Shown piece after piece: positions 44,090 to 55,453 of a stretch of 64,000 bases of DNA (its first letter is position 1; every line of letters starts with the position of its first letter). The translations under genes and the position numbers were made by a program. Source of the stretch: Isurus oxyrinchus (taxonomy: Eukaryota); assembly GCA_026770705.1 (NCBI GenBank), contig JANJGN010000163.1:248001-312000 (forward strand), in the 5' to 3' direction. Under the pieces are notes generated by a model. The model saw only the letters and a program-made list of their open reading frames with translations. It was not told where the DNA came from and made no database searches.

Positions 44090-44165
44090 GACTAATCTGT
44101 GCTTTTCCAATGTTCCCACAGACACTGCGGCTTGTCCCTGCGCTGCTGGTGTTCACAGGGACTCG
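44090..44165 (+). pseudogene. Collapsed V-exon remnant (acceptor fused to FR3 end plus heptamer CACAGGG), copy 1
   Basis: Branch/polypyrimidine/acceptor ACTAAT..TTTTCCAATGTTCCCACAG is followed by ACACTGCGGCTTGTCCCTGCGCTGCTGGTGTT CACAGGG ACTC, homologous to the V end GACACTGCGGTTTATTACTGCGCTGCTGGTGAA CACAGAG ACTC. No nonamer is present. Confidence 0.65.
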
Positions 44166-44459
44166 GACATGAAATCAGGAGCCAGTCCTGATAGGGCTGT
44201 GAGCTGGTCAGCTCCAAATCTCCATGAAGAATCCATCATTAACCGCTCTCTCTCCTTTACCAAGTTACCTCATTGTGAAATGGTAACATCCAGCTGGCCA
44301 ATCAAAAATAATATTAACAAATCCAACCAGAATAATAATCACCTTCCAAATGAGATATAAGCTGGCGCGTTAACACTTCAAATAAGAAGCGCAAGTCCTT
44401 TCGGGGAGGTTTGTGTGAAGCAAATCTTCATACACAGGCTGGAGGGAAACTAGCAAACT

Positions 44460-44712
44460 CTCTCTCTCTCTCTACACCCCCCACTCCCCCCACCCCCCCA
44501 CTCCCCCCTCCCCACTCCCCCCACACCCCACTGCCCCCAATACCCCCACACCCCTCCCCCACCCCCCAGTCCCTGCTACCCCCTCCAACCACTCACCCTC
44601 CCTCCCACTGCCCCCACTCACTCTCCCCATTCTCCCACTCACTGCACCCTGCCCCCACTCCCTCCCCCCTCCCCCTCCCCTTCTCCGTCCCCCCTCCTTC
44701 CACTCCCCCCTT
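44460..44712. repeat. (CT)n plus C-rich low-complexity tract (G-rich on - strand)
   Basis: Many runs of C4-C7 separated by short A/T linkers. Paralogous tracts lie at about 52965-53170 and 60716-61060. Confidence 0.9.
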
Positions 44713-46985
44713 CCCGCTGACATGGGTGGTGCTGTTGTTGTCTGGCGCACTGACCTCTACCTCACAGAGGCTCTGCGTCAACTCGCAGACACTTCCTCCT
44801 ACCTCTCCCTGGACCATGACCCCACCACTGAACATCAAGCCATTGTTTCCAGGACTGTCACTGACCTCATCTCCTCTGGGGATCTTCCTCCCACAGCTTC
44901 CAACCTGATAGTCGCCCAACCTCGGACGGCCCGCTTCTATCTCCTACCCAAAATCCACAAACAGAACTGCCCCGGTAGACCGATCGTCTCAGCTTGCTCC
45001 TGCCCCACAGAACTCATTTCTCGTTATCTTGCCTCCCTTCTCTCTCCCCTTGTCCAGTCCCTTCCCACCTACATCCGTGATTCCTCTGACACCTTACGTC
45101 ACATCAACAATTTCCAGTTCCCTGGCCCCAACCGCTTCCTCTTCACCATGGACGTCCAATCCCGCTACACCTCCATCCCCCACCAGGATGGTCTGAGGGC
45201 CCTTAGCTTCTTCCTCGAACAGAGGCCCGAACAATCCCCATCCACCACTACTCTCCTCCGTCTGGCTGAACTTGTTCTCATACTGAACAATTTCTCCTTC
45301 AACTCCTCTCACTTCCTCCAAATAAAAGGTGTGGCTATGGGTACCCACATGGGCCCCAGCTATGCCTGTCTCTTTATGGGGTATGTGGAACATTCCTTGT
45401 TCCAGTCCTACTCCGGCCCCCTTCCACAACTCTTTCTCCGGTACATCGATGATTACTTCGGTGCTGCTTCATGCTCTCGTCGGGACTTGGAAAAATTTAT
45501 TAATTTTGCTTCCAATCTCCATCCCTCCATCATTTTCACGTGGTCCATCTCTGACACTTCCTTTCCCTTCCTTGACCTTTCTGTCTCAATCTCTGGTGAT
45601 AGACTGTCCACCAATATCCATTAGAAACCCACCGACTCCCACAGCTACCTTGACTACAGCTCCTCACACCCCGCTTCCTGTAAGGACTCCATCCCATTCT
45701 CCCAGTTCCTTCGCCTTCGTCGCATCTGTTCCGATGATGCTACCTTCAAAAACAGTTCCTCTGACATGTCCTCCTTCTTCCTTAACCGAGGTTTTCCACC
45801 CACTGTTGTTGACAGGGCCCTCAACTGTGTCCGGCCCATCTCCCGCACATCCGCCCTCACACCTTCTCCTCCCTCCCAGAAACATGATAGTGTCCCCCTT
45901 GTCCTCACTTATCACCCCACCAGCCTCCGCATTCAAAGGATCATCCTCCGCCATTTCCGCCAACTCCAGCATGATGCCCCCACCAAACACATCTTCACTT
46001 TCACTCCCACGGTGGCATTCCGCAGGGATTGTTCCCTCCGGGACACCCTGGTCCACTCCTCCATCACCCCCTACTCCTCAACCCCCTCCTATGGCACCAC
46101 CCCATGCCCACGCAAAAATTGTAACACCTGCCCCTTCACTTCCTCTCTCCTCACCGTCCAAGGGCCCAAACATTCCTTTCAAGTGAAGCAGCATTTCACT
46201 TGCATTTCCACAACTTAGTCTACTGCATTCGATGCTCCCAATGTGGTGTCCTCTACATTGGAGAGACCAAACGTAAACTGGGCGACCGCTTTGCAGAACA
46301 CCTGCGGTCTGTCCGCAAGAATGACCCAGACCACCCTGTCGCTTGCCATTTTAACACTCCACCCTGCTCTCTTGCCCACATGTCTGTCCTTGGCTTACTG
46401 CATTGTTCCAGTGAAGCCCAACGCAAACTGGAGGAACAGCACCTCATCTTCCGACTAGGCACCTTACAGCCTTCCGGTCTGAATATTGAATTCAATAACT
46501 TTAGGTCGTGAGCTCCCTCCCCCATCCCCACCCCCTTTCTGTTTCTTCCCCCTTCCTTTTGTTTTTTTTCCAATAAATTATATAGATTTGTCTTTTTACC
46601 AGCTATTTCCATTATTTTTAAATATTTTTAAATCTTTTATGCTCCCCCACCCCCACTAGAGCTATATCTTGAGTGCCCTACCATTCATTCTTAATTAACA
46701 CATTCGTTTAGATAATATCACCAACTTTAATACCTATGTGTTCTTTTGTTCTGTTGTCTGTGACATCTTTTGTTGATCTGCTTCAATCGCTGCTTGTTGG
46801 TCCCTACAACCACACCACCCCCCTCCACTTCTCTCCCCCCACCCAACCCACACCTCTCCCCCCAACCCCCCACCCCCACCTTAAACCAGCTTATATTTCA
46901 CCCCTTCCTTGGATTCACCTAGTTCTGTCGAAGGGTCATGAGGACTCGAAACGTCAACTCTTTTCTACTCCCCCGATGCTGGCAG
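44713..46985 (+). mobile_element. Penelope-like retroelement, 5'-truncated, decayed (RT + GIY-YIG endonuclease + 3' pLTR-like end)
   Basis: RT motifs FYLLPKIHK..PGRPIVS, FTMDVQS, GVAMGT, RYIDD (ORF 44722-45624) and GIY-YIG-type NLVYCIRC..LYIGETKR (ORF 46200-46511). There is an in-frame TAG at 45622-45624 and a frameshift near 46205-46212. Confidence 0.92.
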
Positions 46986-46989
46986 TTTT

Positions 46990-48163
46990 TTGTTTTTATC
47001 TGTGATTAATTGACTGCCCCTGCTCTTCCAGAAATGCCTACCTCCTTGAAGAAGTTCTGTTCGTCTCTGCGACACGATGTACATATCTCTCTGTTGCCTT
47101 GTTCACCTTCATTGCTTTCCATTTCTCTCCTGGTGTTTGACAAGGTGTTTATTAAAACCCGCTTTCACAGCCATATCTCCTTTCTCAGTGACTGTCTCCG
47201 TCTCCGAATTACCCCACGTGGATTTCAACTGAAATTCCACCCCTCATGGTTTCGAACCCACCCAGGATTAGAGATATTTCCGGGACATAAAACGTTTCTC
47301 AGACTGGTGTTCCCGTCACATTCTGAAATCCACACTCAGTGCCATGCGCCGCCATATGAACACACTCGACCTCTCCCTCCAGCAGCACCGCCGTACCCTT
47401 TTTCAAAGTTGCGCGTGCCCCCAGTTTCATTTTATTCTTCGTCCTATCCGATGCCTCAACAAGAAACTTTTTCTCTTTCTCTCAAGTGCTAAGGAACGCA
47501 AGCTCCAACAACTCATCGACCGTCACAGCCATCTAGGACCCTCCACCCCTGCCCGTCCCTCCGTCCCCACCCCATCTTCCAATCCCAAGCCCAGCCGTGT
47601 ATTCACTATACCCCTGACCTTCCCCTCTCCGATGCTGAACGTTCAGTGCTCAGCAAAGGACTTAGTTTCATACCCTTACGCCCTCACCGCAATGAATTTC
47701 GGGCTTGGCACGATGCTGAACTCTTCTTCCGCCGTCTTCGTCTCCGGGCTCACTTCATTGGGCAGGAGTCCTCTCCCAGTTCAACGGATCCTTTTACCCA
47801 TCTCCAATATTCTCCCTCCACCTGGACCCCTCCCTCTGGATTCTTACCTTCTCTTGAACTTTTCATTGAGAACAGTCGGCGCGACATTAGTCGTCTCAAT
47901 TTCTCTGCTCCTCTCACCCATTCTAACCTGTCTCTCTCTGAACTTAGTTCACTCCATTCTCTCAGGTCCAACCCTGACATTGTCATCAAACCCGCTGACA
48001 AGTGTGGTGCTGTTGTTGTCTGGCGCACTGACCTCTACCTCGCGGAGGCTGAGCGTCAACTCGCAGACACTTCCTCCTACCTCTCCCTGGACCATGACCC
48101 CACCACTGAACATCAAGCCATTGTTTCCAGGACTGTTACTGACCGCATCTCCTCTGGGGATCT
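46990..48163 (+). mobile_element. Second tandem Penelope-like unit: 5' half of ORF, 3'-truncated, frameshifted
   Basis: N-terminal motif HISFLSDC..TPRGF, then LSKGLSFIP and IVIKPADKCGAVVVW. Bases 47991-48163 repeat 44713-44885 (173 bp). Confidence 0.88.
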
Positions 48164-49082
48164 GGTAAAAGTCACCAGATCATTGATGAAGGGTGTCCGA
48201 TTTCCCACAAGATTGTGACTGGCTAGAACAATGTCTCAGCTTCTCAACAGTTCGGAACCCCAAACTCAGCACCTCCCAAAGCGGAGGGAATTAGCTCGAG
48301 TGAAAGGTGAAGGTTAACACGGGGACAGTGTTCAGTTCAAACTGCTTCATATCCCTTCTCAGTAATTCCATTCCCTCAAAGCGACAGGGAAATAATGTTC
48401 CATTCAAATCTCTTCTCAAAGTTCCCGCTGTATCTGCTTCCTGTAACCTCTTAATAACACAATCAGTTAGAATTAAAAATCACCTGAATCTCCCCTGTCG
48501 GCCGTTTATGAATCCACTTTAATCGGCGACCCCCGTTCCCTTAGATTATTGTCAAGGGGAAAAGCTTCAGTCCTAAATCTAACCATGGCCCTAATGTGGA
48601 ACATATCTATCAGATCGGCACTCAGCTTGATCTGGCTGAATAATGGCTGTCCGTGTTTCCTCGCTGCTACTTATACTGTCGGGTAAGAGCAATAGCTTGT
48701 TATGGGACGTCAAAGTCAGTTCCCTGTGCAGAGAGCCTGAGCTGCCGAGTGGAGACATTAGACCAACTCGAGAGGATTGGACAGGGTTTCCACATGAACT
48801 ATCTCTCCACAGGCCACATGCGGCCAACTGGTTCCAATCTTTGCAACCAATCATCTGTAACACAATGCACATTGCCAGGCAGCCGGACCACCTGTATTGT
48901 TAACCCCACCCAGTGACCAGGCAGGAAAGAGTCATCTGCCTTGTTTGGAGGGACAATGGGGGAGGGGGTTTTCTCTGGACCTCCATGATATGCAGCCACT
49001 TCCACAGCCAAGCGAAAGGCGGGGCGACATTCAACAACCGAGGCAGGACCTTCCTAGGGCGCTTTGACTGGAACATTCCTTC

Positions 49083-49155
49083 CCAGTTAGGAACGGGCTA
49101 TAATTGCTGGGCTGGGCCAGTGAAGGCCACATCCCGGGAACAAATAAGGAAACAA
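49083..49155 (+). mobile_element. Degenerate SINE/LINE 3' tail fragment (paralog at about 56222-56294)
   Basis: TGCTGGGCTGGGCCAGTGAAGGCCACATCCCGGGAACAAATAAGGAAA aligns to the tail at 42452-42498 (TGCTGGCCTAGCCAGTGACGCCCACATCCCATGAATGAATAGGAAA). Confidence 0.6.
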
Positions 49156-49299
49156 AAGCCCCTGAGTAAATTCCGGCCATGGATCCAATTTCCACATGGC
49201 AGTCAGAGCTGGATATTCATCCTTCTCACCTGGCCGGCTACGGAAGGGCCACCTGCTGTGCTTTGGTCAGCAAGGACCTGTCCTGTTGAGTGAGCTTCC

Positions 49300-49351
49300 A
49301 ATGACATCACTTCCGCACGCAGCCATATCACGAGGCGCAGCGGCAGTATAA
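49300..49351 (+). promoter_or_regulatory. TRBV promoter: CRE-like decamer AATGACATCA, overlapping ETS core CACTTCC, TATA-like TATAA
   Basis: The decamer at 49300-49309 is a 9/10 match to the mammalian Vbeta promoter decamer AGTGAYRTCA. CACTTCC is at 49308-49314 and TATAA at 49347-49351, about 60-110 bp upstream of the leader ATG. Confidence 0.7.
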
Positions 49352-49412
49352 CTCCAGTCTGTGAAAGCGGGCGGAGCTGCGAGTTTGAGAGAGCGTGTGA
49401 AAGTCCCGCATC

Positions 49413-50342
49413 ATGGGCTGGACAGTGAATCTCTCTGCACTGTTGCTGCTGCTGCTACCAGGTTACAATGAATATTTGTAAGGGGGAATGGGCTCCCTGT
49501 TGCTGAAGCGACAATTCATTCAGTTGGATCATTTGTAGAATTGGATATTGTTGAGCTCGGTGTTGCCAGTCATAGTGCGGAAGTTGCATTCTGCCAAAGT
49601 AACTGGGAACAATAGACGGGCGGGGAATATCTGCTGGACAAAGGGTTGAGGGAAAGGGGATAGGACTACATACAAATGCAAAGCCCCTTGGCAGCCGAGC
49701 TGGGGAGGTGAGCAGCCTCACTGAGCAGGAAGAGTCCGTCTCACTGGAGAGTTAAAGTGTGTGGGGCGCGGCGAACGCGGCTGAGTTAGCGGTGTGGGGT
49801 ATGGGAAGCTGCTGGGCAGGAGTATTGCACACAAATCTGCACCCAGGACAAGTATCTCCAGAGAGCGCCGCTACCACTGAGCTGGGGCGACACTGGGCAC
49901 CCAGACATTATGGTTCTGTTTCTGGGTGAAGGGAGCTGAGCGACCGAGAGCTGCGCTGTGAGATTCGACAATAGCTTTCTCCACATCCTGATGGTGCCAG
50001 TTCATTTCTGATCCGCTCTGTCTCTCACCTCCCTCCTCAGCCTCCTGCAGGAGCGCCCTGGTTTCCCAGTGGCCGAGCCGTCTGTCCGTTAGAGAGGGGG
50101 ACACGGTGGAGATGGGCTGTTACCAGAACGATACCAGCGAGACCGACATGTACTGGTATCGGCAGCACCCCGGAGCAGGGCTGCAGCTCATGGTCACCTC
50201 GGTGGGTACCTCAGAGCCCAGGCCTGAAGATGGTTTCAAGAAGAGGTTTAATGTGACCAGACCCGAGATTAAGTTGTTCAGCCTGAAAATACTGAGCGTG
50301 GAGCTGACTGACACTGCGGTTTATTACTGCGCTGCGAGTGAA
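49413..50342 (+). CDS. TRBV: TRBV gene segment V3 (type B); leader exon 49413-49461, V exon 50041-50342
   Basis: Leader MGWTVNLSALLLLLLP with phase-1 donor G|GTTACA and acceptor CCTCCTCAG| at 50040. It splices in frame to ASCRSALVSQWPSRLSVREGDTVEMGCYQNDTSETDMYWYRQHPGAGLQLMVTSVGTSEPRPEDGFKKRFNVTRPEIKLFSLKILSVELTDTAVYYCAASE. Both canonical Cys and WYRQ are present, and it resembles TRBV20/TRBV29. Confidence 0.92.
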
Positions 50343-50381
50343 CACAGAGACTCAAACTGCTGCCGGGCTGGGTCTAAAACC
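50343..50381 (+). other. 23-RSS of V3 (CACAGAG-23-TCTAAAACC)
   Basis: Heptamer 50343-50349, spacer 50350-50372, nonamer 50373-50381. Confidence 0.9.
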
Positions 50382-51442
50382 TTTAAATTAACCCTTTAAA
50401 GCGCATCACTCACCAAACTCCAACTTAAGCACTCTAATGCAACCCAAAGCTGCACTCCTACACTGACCAGTGTCTGGTTTTCCAAAAGAAAACTTACGAT
50501 TTGATAAAACAATCCTTTCCAACACTGCCTGAGTGACAATTCAAAATTGACAGCATCGCTTCAATACTTTTCAACGCAGTAGAAATATCCTGGGGTGAAT
50601 CGTGGACTCTTACAGGACAGAGTATTCATTTATTTCTATTGTGCCTCTTTGAATCGGCTCCATACTTCATTTCACTACTTATTTCCTCAAAGCGCCTCCG
50701 ATAAACCTTGTTCCAAGACATTGCCAAATATCTCCTCAAAGTTCCCATTCAATCTGCTTCCTGCATCATTTCAGACAATACAATCCAACTAATAATAGCT
50801 TCAATGAGATATAAGTACCATCCTTTTAATCTCCCCTGTTGTACGTTTGTGAATCACCTTTAGGGCTGTGCCCTCTGTTCCCCAAATACTATCAAAGTGA
50901 CCTGCTTCCCCTTATTTACCCCATCCAAACCGGACATCATTGTGAACAGACACATCCCGTCTATTCTAAGCATTCTCTGGCCAATGATGTCCGGCACCTT
51001 TCCTTCACTGCTGCTGGGACTGGTCTCTGAAGGAAATAACTGGGAACAGTGCTAATGGAGTCCTCCTGAGATGCCGTTGGAGAAATGAGGGGAGCTCCGA
51101 CAGGTTTAACAATCGCCTCAGGTGAGATATCTCTCCCTACGCTTCACATAGGCAATCGGTACGAATCTTTATACACAGCCCCCATCAGATGCAATGTCCT
51201 GCACCTTGCCAGACAACGCCATGTACTTATCATTCTGCTATCCACAGACAGGAAAAGGGGTGGCTGTTTGTCTCGGGTAAGAAACGGGCCAGTAAACACC
51301 TTGTGGGTGTTGCTGAAATGTTGTCGTCTCCACACCCCCAAACCCGAGAGGTGTGACAGCGGATTTGGAGCTGCAGTGTGTCTGTCTGAGAGCTGGGATG
51401 GAGCAGAAGGATTGACCCAGGGTGGTTCATGATTCCAGCACC

Positions 51443-52242
51443 ATGCTGCACAGTGCTTTCCTGTACCTCATGTTTCTGCTGCTCCCAGGTTACTTTTCAT
51501 CCTTTGTAGGCCAACCCTGGCCGCTCTAAACCTGCTTTTGGGGGGAAACTTCAATTCTTGGAGCATTAGAAGCTGCAGAAAGGCTTCGGTCAGTGAAGAG
51601 ATTGAGCAGGTTCCTTACTGACTGAAGCAGTGAGTGGCTGTGGTCTGGAGAATACATTGCATGAGAGGCTGGGGAAGCAGCTGCAACTTGTGCCCCACAC
51701 AAGGGACAGGGTAAATTTCCAAATGGGGTAATATTGCTCGGGCTGACGGTAAAGGGCACGGGAGTGGGGGTTTAATTGGAAATGGCCTCGCCAGAGATGG
51801 GCAGGCACGGTTCCCCTATCCAATTCTACGGATTCTAGTGGTTTAAAATGTACAGAACCGGCCCCATCACCAGAAAGTTGATGTTTGACCCGATGTGCCT
51901 GTGGTTTGTTTTTTAATGTAATAAAAGTGTTTCTCTGTAGCTGTCTGCAGGAGCGCTCTCATTACCCAGTGGCCCAAGAGATTGTCCGTGGGAAAAGGGG
52001 AGATGGTGGAGATGGGCTGTTACCAGAACGACAGCAGTGACAGCTCCATGTCCTGGTACCGTCAGCACCACCGGGCAGGGCTGCAGCTCATGGTCACCTC
52101 GCTGGGTACCTCAGAGCCCAGGCCTGAAGAGGGGTTCAAGGAGAGGTTTGAAGTGACGAGACACAACACCAAGTGGTGCAGCCTGAAAATACTGAGCGTG
52201 GAGCTGACTGACCCTACGGTTTATTACTGCGCTGCTGGTGAA
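51443..52242 (+). CDS. TRBV: TRBV gene segment V2 (type A); leader exon 51443-51488, V exon 51941-52242
   Basis: Leader MLHSAFLYLMFLLLP with G|GTTACT and acceptor TTCTCTGTAG| at 51940. It splices in frame to AVCRSALITQWPKRLSVGKGEMVEMGCYQNDSSDSSMSWYRQHHRAGLQLMVTSLGTSEPRPEEGFKERFEVTRHNTKWCSLKILSVELTDPTVYYCAAGE. The frame is open, but DPTVYYC and HHRAG are atypical. Confidence 0.88.
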
Positions 52243-52281
52243 CACAGAGACTCAAACAGGTGTAGATCTTGTTCAAAAACA
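52243..52281 (+). other. 23-RSS of V2 (CACAGAG-23-TCAAAAACA)
   Basis: Heptamer 52243-52249, spacer 52250-52272, nonamer 52273-52281. Confidence 0.9.
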
Positions 52282-52595
52282 TCCCCACTCTGTTCTACTG
52301 GGAGCTAAAACCTCTGTAAACTCCAGTAAGTGGTGGTGCTGCAACCACCTGGATATTGGTGACGATCTATGTGGTTTTTACTGCAACCTTCCCAGTGGAT
52401 AAAATGTCCCAAATCCTCTCAGTCTGACCTGAATGACAAGTCCAAACCTACCTCCCACAGCAAATCCTTTCCATAATGAAGACCAATAAAAACAAAGAGG
52501 CTGGAATAAGCGGCGGATTATACAGGGCAGCCCCCTCCCCCCGGCCTATCGCACCTATTTGAAACTGTTCTGAGGCTTCATCTCATTCCAGCAGT

Positions 52596-52671
52596 GCCTA
52601 ATCTGTGCTTTTCCAATGTTCCCACAGACACTGCGGCTTGTCCCTGCGCTGCTGGTGTTCACAGGGACTCG
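52596..52671 (+). pseudogene. Collapsed V-exon remnant, copy 2
   Basis: Same as 44090-44165: acceptor AG at 52626-52627, heptamer-like CACAGGG at 52660-52666. Confidence 0.65.
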
Positions 52672-52964
52672 GACATGAAACCAGGAGCCAGTCCTGATAG
52701 GGCTGTGAGCTGGTCAGCTCCAAATCTCCATGAAGAATCCATCATTAACCGCTCTCTCTCCTTTACCAAATTACCTCATTGTGAAATGGTAAAATCCAGC
52801 TGGCCAATCAAAAATAATATTAACAAATCCAACCAGAATAATAATCACCTTCCAAATGAGATATAAGCTGGCGCGTTAACACTTCAAATAAGAAGCGCAA
52901 GTCCTTTCGGGGAGGTTTGTGTGAAGCAAATCTTCATACACAGGCTGGAGGGAAACTAGCAAAC

Positions 52965-53170
52965 TCTCTCTCTCTCTCTACACCCCCCACTCCCCCACCC
53001 CCCACTGCCCCCAATACCCCCCCCCACCCCCTGTCCCCCCTACCCCCTCCAACCACTCACGCTCCCTCCCACTGCCCCCACTCACTCCCCCCATTCCCCC
53101 ACTCACTGCACCCTTCCCCCTCTCCCTGCCCCCTCCCCTTCTCCTTCCCCCCTCCTTCCACTCCCCCCTT
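52965..53170. repeat. (CT)n plus C-rich low-complexity tract, copy 2
   Basis: Shorter paralog of 44460-44712. Confidence 0.9.
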
Positions 53171-55453
53171 CCCGCTGACATGGGTGGTGCTGTTGTTGTC
53201 TGGCGCACTGACCTCTACCTCACAGAGGCTGAGCGTCAACTCGCAGACACTTCCTCCTACCTCTCCCTGGACCATGACCCCACCACTGAACATCAAGCCA
53301 TTGTTTCCAGGACTGTCACTGACCTCATCTCCTCTGGGGATCTTCCTCCCACAGCTTCTAACTTGATAGTCGCCCAACCTCGGACGGCCCGCTTCTATCT
53401 CCTACCCAAAATCCACAAACAGAACTGCCCCGGTAGACCGATCGTCTCAGCTTGCTCCTGCCCCACAGAACTCATCTCTCGTTATCTTGACTCCCTTCTC
53501 TCTCCCCTTGTCCAGTCCCTCCCCACCTACATCCGTGATTCCTCTGACACCTTACGTCACATCAACAATTTCCAGTTCCCTGGCCCCAACCGCTTCCTCT
53601 TCACCATGGACGTCCAATCCCTCTACACCTCCATCCCCCACCAGGATGGTCTGAGGGCCCTTAGCTTCTTCCTCGAACAGAGGCCCGAACAATCCCCATC
53701 CACCACTACTCTCCTCCGTCTGGCTGAACTTGTTCTCACACTGAACAATTTCTCCTTCAACTCCTCTCACATCCTCCAAATAAAAGGTGTGGCTATGGGT
53801 ACCCACATGGGCCCCAGCTATGCCTGTCTCTTTATGGGGTATGTGGAACATTCCTTGTTGCAGTCCTACTCCGGCCCCCTTCCACAACTTTTTCTCCGGT
53901 ACATCGATGATTACTTCGGTGCTGCTTCATGCTCTCGTCGGGACTTGGAAAAATTTATTAATTTTGCTTCCAATCTCCATCCCTCCATCATTTTCACGTG
54001 GTCCATCTCTGACACTTCCCTTCCCTTCCTTGACCTCTCTGTCTCAATCTCTGGTGATAGACTGTCCACCAATATCCATTAGAAACCCACCGACTCCCAC
54101 AGCTACCTCGACTACAGCTCCTCACACCCCGCTTCCTGTAAGGACTCCATCCCATTCTCCCAGTTCCTTCGCCTTCGTCGCATCTGTTCCGATGATGCTA
54201 CCTTCAAAAACAGTTCATCTGACATGTCCTCCTTCTTCCTTAACCGAGGTTTTCCACCCACGGTCGTTGACAGGGCCCTCAACCGTGTGCGGCCCATCTC
54301 TCGCACATCCGCCCTCACGCCTTCTCCTCCCTCCCAGAAACATGATAGGGTCCCCCTTGTCCTCACTTATCACCCCACCAGCCTCCGCATTCAAAGGATC
54401 ATCCTCCGCCATTTCCGCCAACTCCAGCATGATGCCACCACCAAACACATCTTCACTTTCACTCCCACGGTGGCATTCCGCAGGGATTGTTCCCTCCGGG
54501 ACACCCTGGTCCACTCCTCCATCACCCCCTACTCCTCAACCCCCTCCTATGGCACCACCCCATGCCCACACAAAAGATGTAACACCTGCCCCTTCACTTC
54601 CTCTCTCCTCACCGTCCAAGGGCCCAAACACTCCTTTCAAGTGAAGCAGCATTTCACTTGCATTTCCCCAACTTAGTCTACTGCATTCGTTGCTCCCAAT
54701 GTGGTCTCCTCTACATTGGAGAGACCAAACGTAAACTGGGCGACCGCTTTGCAGAACACCTGTGGTCTGTCCGCAAGAATGACCCAAACCTCCCTGTCGC
54801 TTGCCATTTTAACACTCCATCCTGCTCTCTTGCCCACATGTCTGTCCTTGGCTTACTGCATTGTTCCAATGAAGCCCAACGCAAACTGGAGGAACAACAC
54901 CTCATCTTCCGACTAGGCACCTTACAGCCTTCCGGACTGAATATTGAATTCAATAACTTTAGGTCGTGAGCTCCCCCCCCCATCCCCACCCCCTTTCTGT
55001 TTCCCCCTTTTTTTTCCCTATAAATTTTATAGATTTTTCTTTTCCCACCTATTTCCATTATTTTTAAATATTTTAAATCTTTTATGCTCCCTCCACCCCC
55101 ACTAGAGCTGTACCTTGAGTGCCCTACCATCCATTCTTAATTAGCACATTCGTTTAGATAATATCACCAACTTTAACTTTAACACCTATGTGTTCTATTG
55201 TACCATTGTCGCTGATATCTTTTGATGATCTGCTTCTATCACTGCTTGTTTGTCTACACAAGCACCTCTCTCTCTCTCTCCGCCCCCCCCCCCCACACAC
55301 ACACACCTTAAACCAGCTTATATTTCAACTCTTTCTTGGACTCGAAATCAAGTTCTGTCGAAGGGTCATGAGGACTCGAAATGTCAACTCTTTTCTTCTC
55401 CGCCGATGCTGCCAGACCTGCTGAGTTTTTCCAGGTAATTCTGTTCTTGTTTT
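53171..55453 (+). mobile_element. Penelope-like retroelement, paralog of 44713-46985
   Basis: It has the same 5' truncation point, the same TAG (54080-54082) and the same frameshift near 54665. RT is ORF 53180-54082 and GIY-YIG is ORF 54658-54969. It ends in ..GATGCTGCCAGACCTGCTGAGTTTTTCCAGGTAATTCTGTTCTTGTTTT. Confidence 0.92.

Noticed and set aside
44411-44919. Pro-rich and Gly-rich ORFs (also 52917-53377, 60670-61107)
   Set aside because: These are translation artefacts of C-rich low-complexity tracts, and they are not conserved between copies.
44722-46511. Functional reverse transcriptase/endonuclease gene
   Set aside because: Both copies are 5'-truncated and carry an internal stop and a frameshift, so this is an inactive Penelope-like element.
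48307-49293. Short ORFs identical in both duplicated units (e.g. 48913-49293 and 56052-56432; 51085-51432)
   Set aside because: The identity reflects recent duplication. They have no recognisable domains, many use non-ATG starts, and they overlap decayed repeats.
51449-51455. Perfect heptamer CACAGTG inside the type-A leader exon (also 59201-59207)
   Set aside because: There is no nonamer at 12 or 23 bp spacing. It is explained by the codons His-Ser-Ala.
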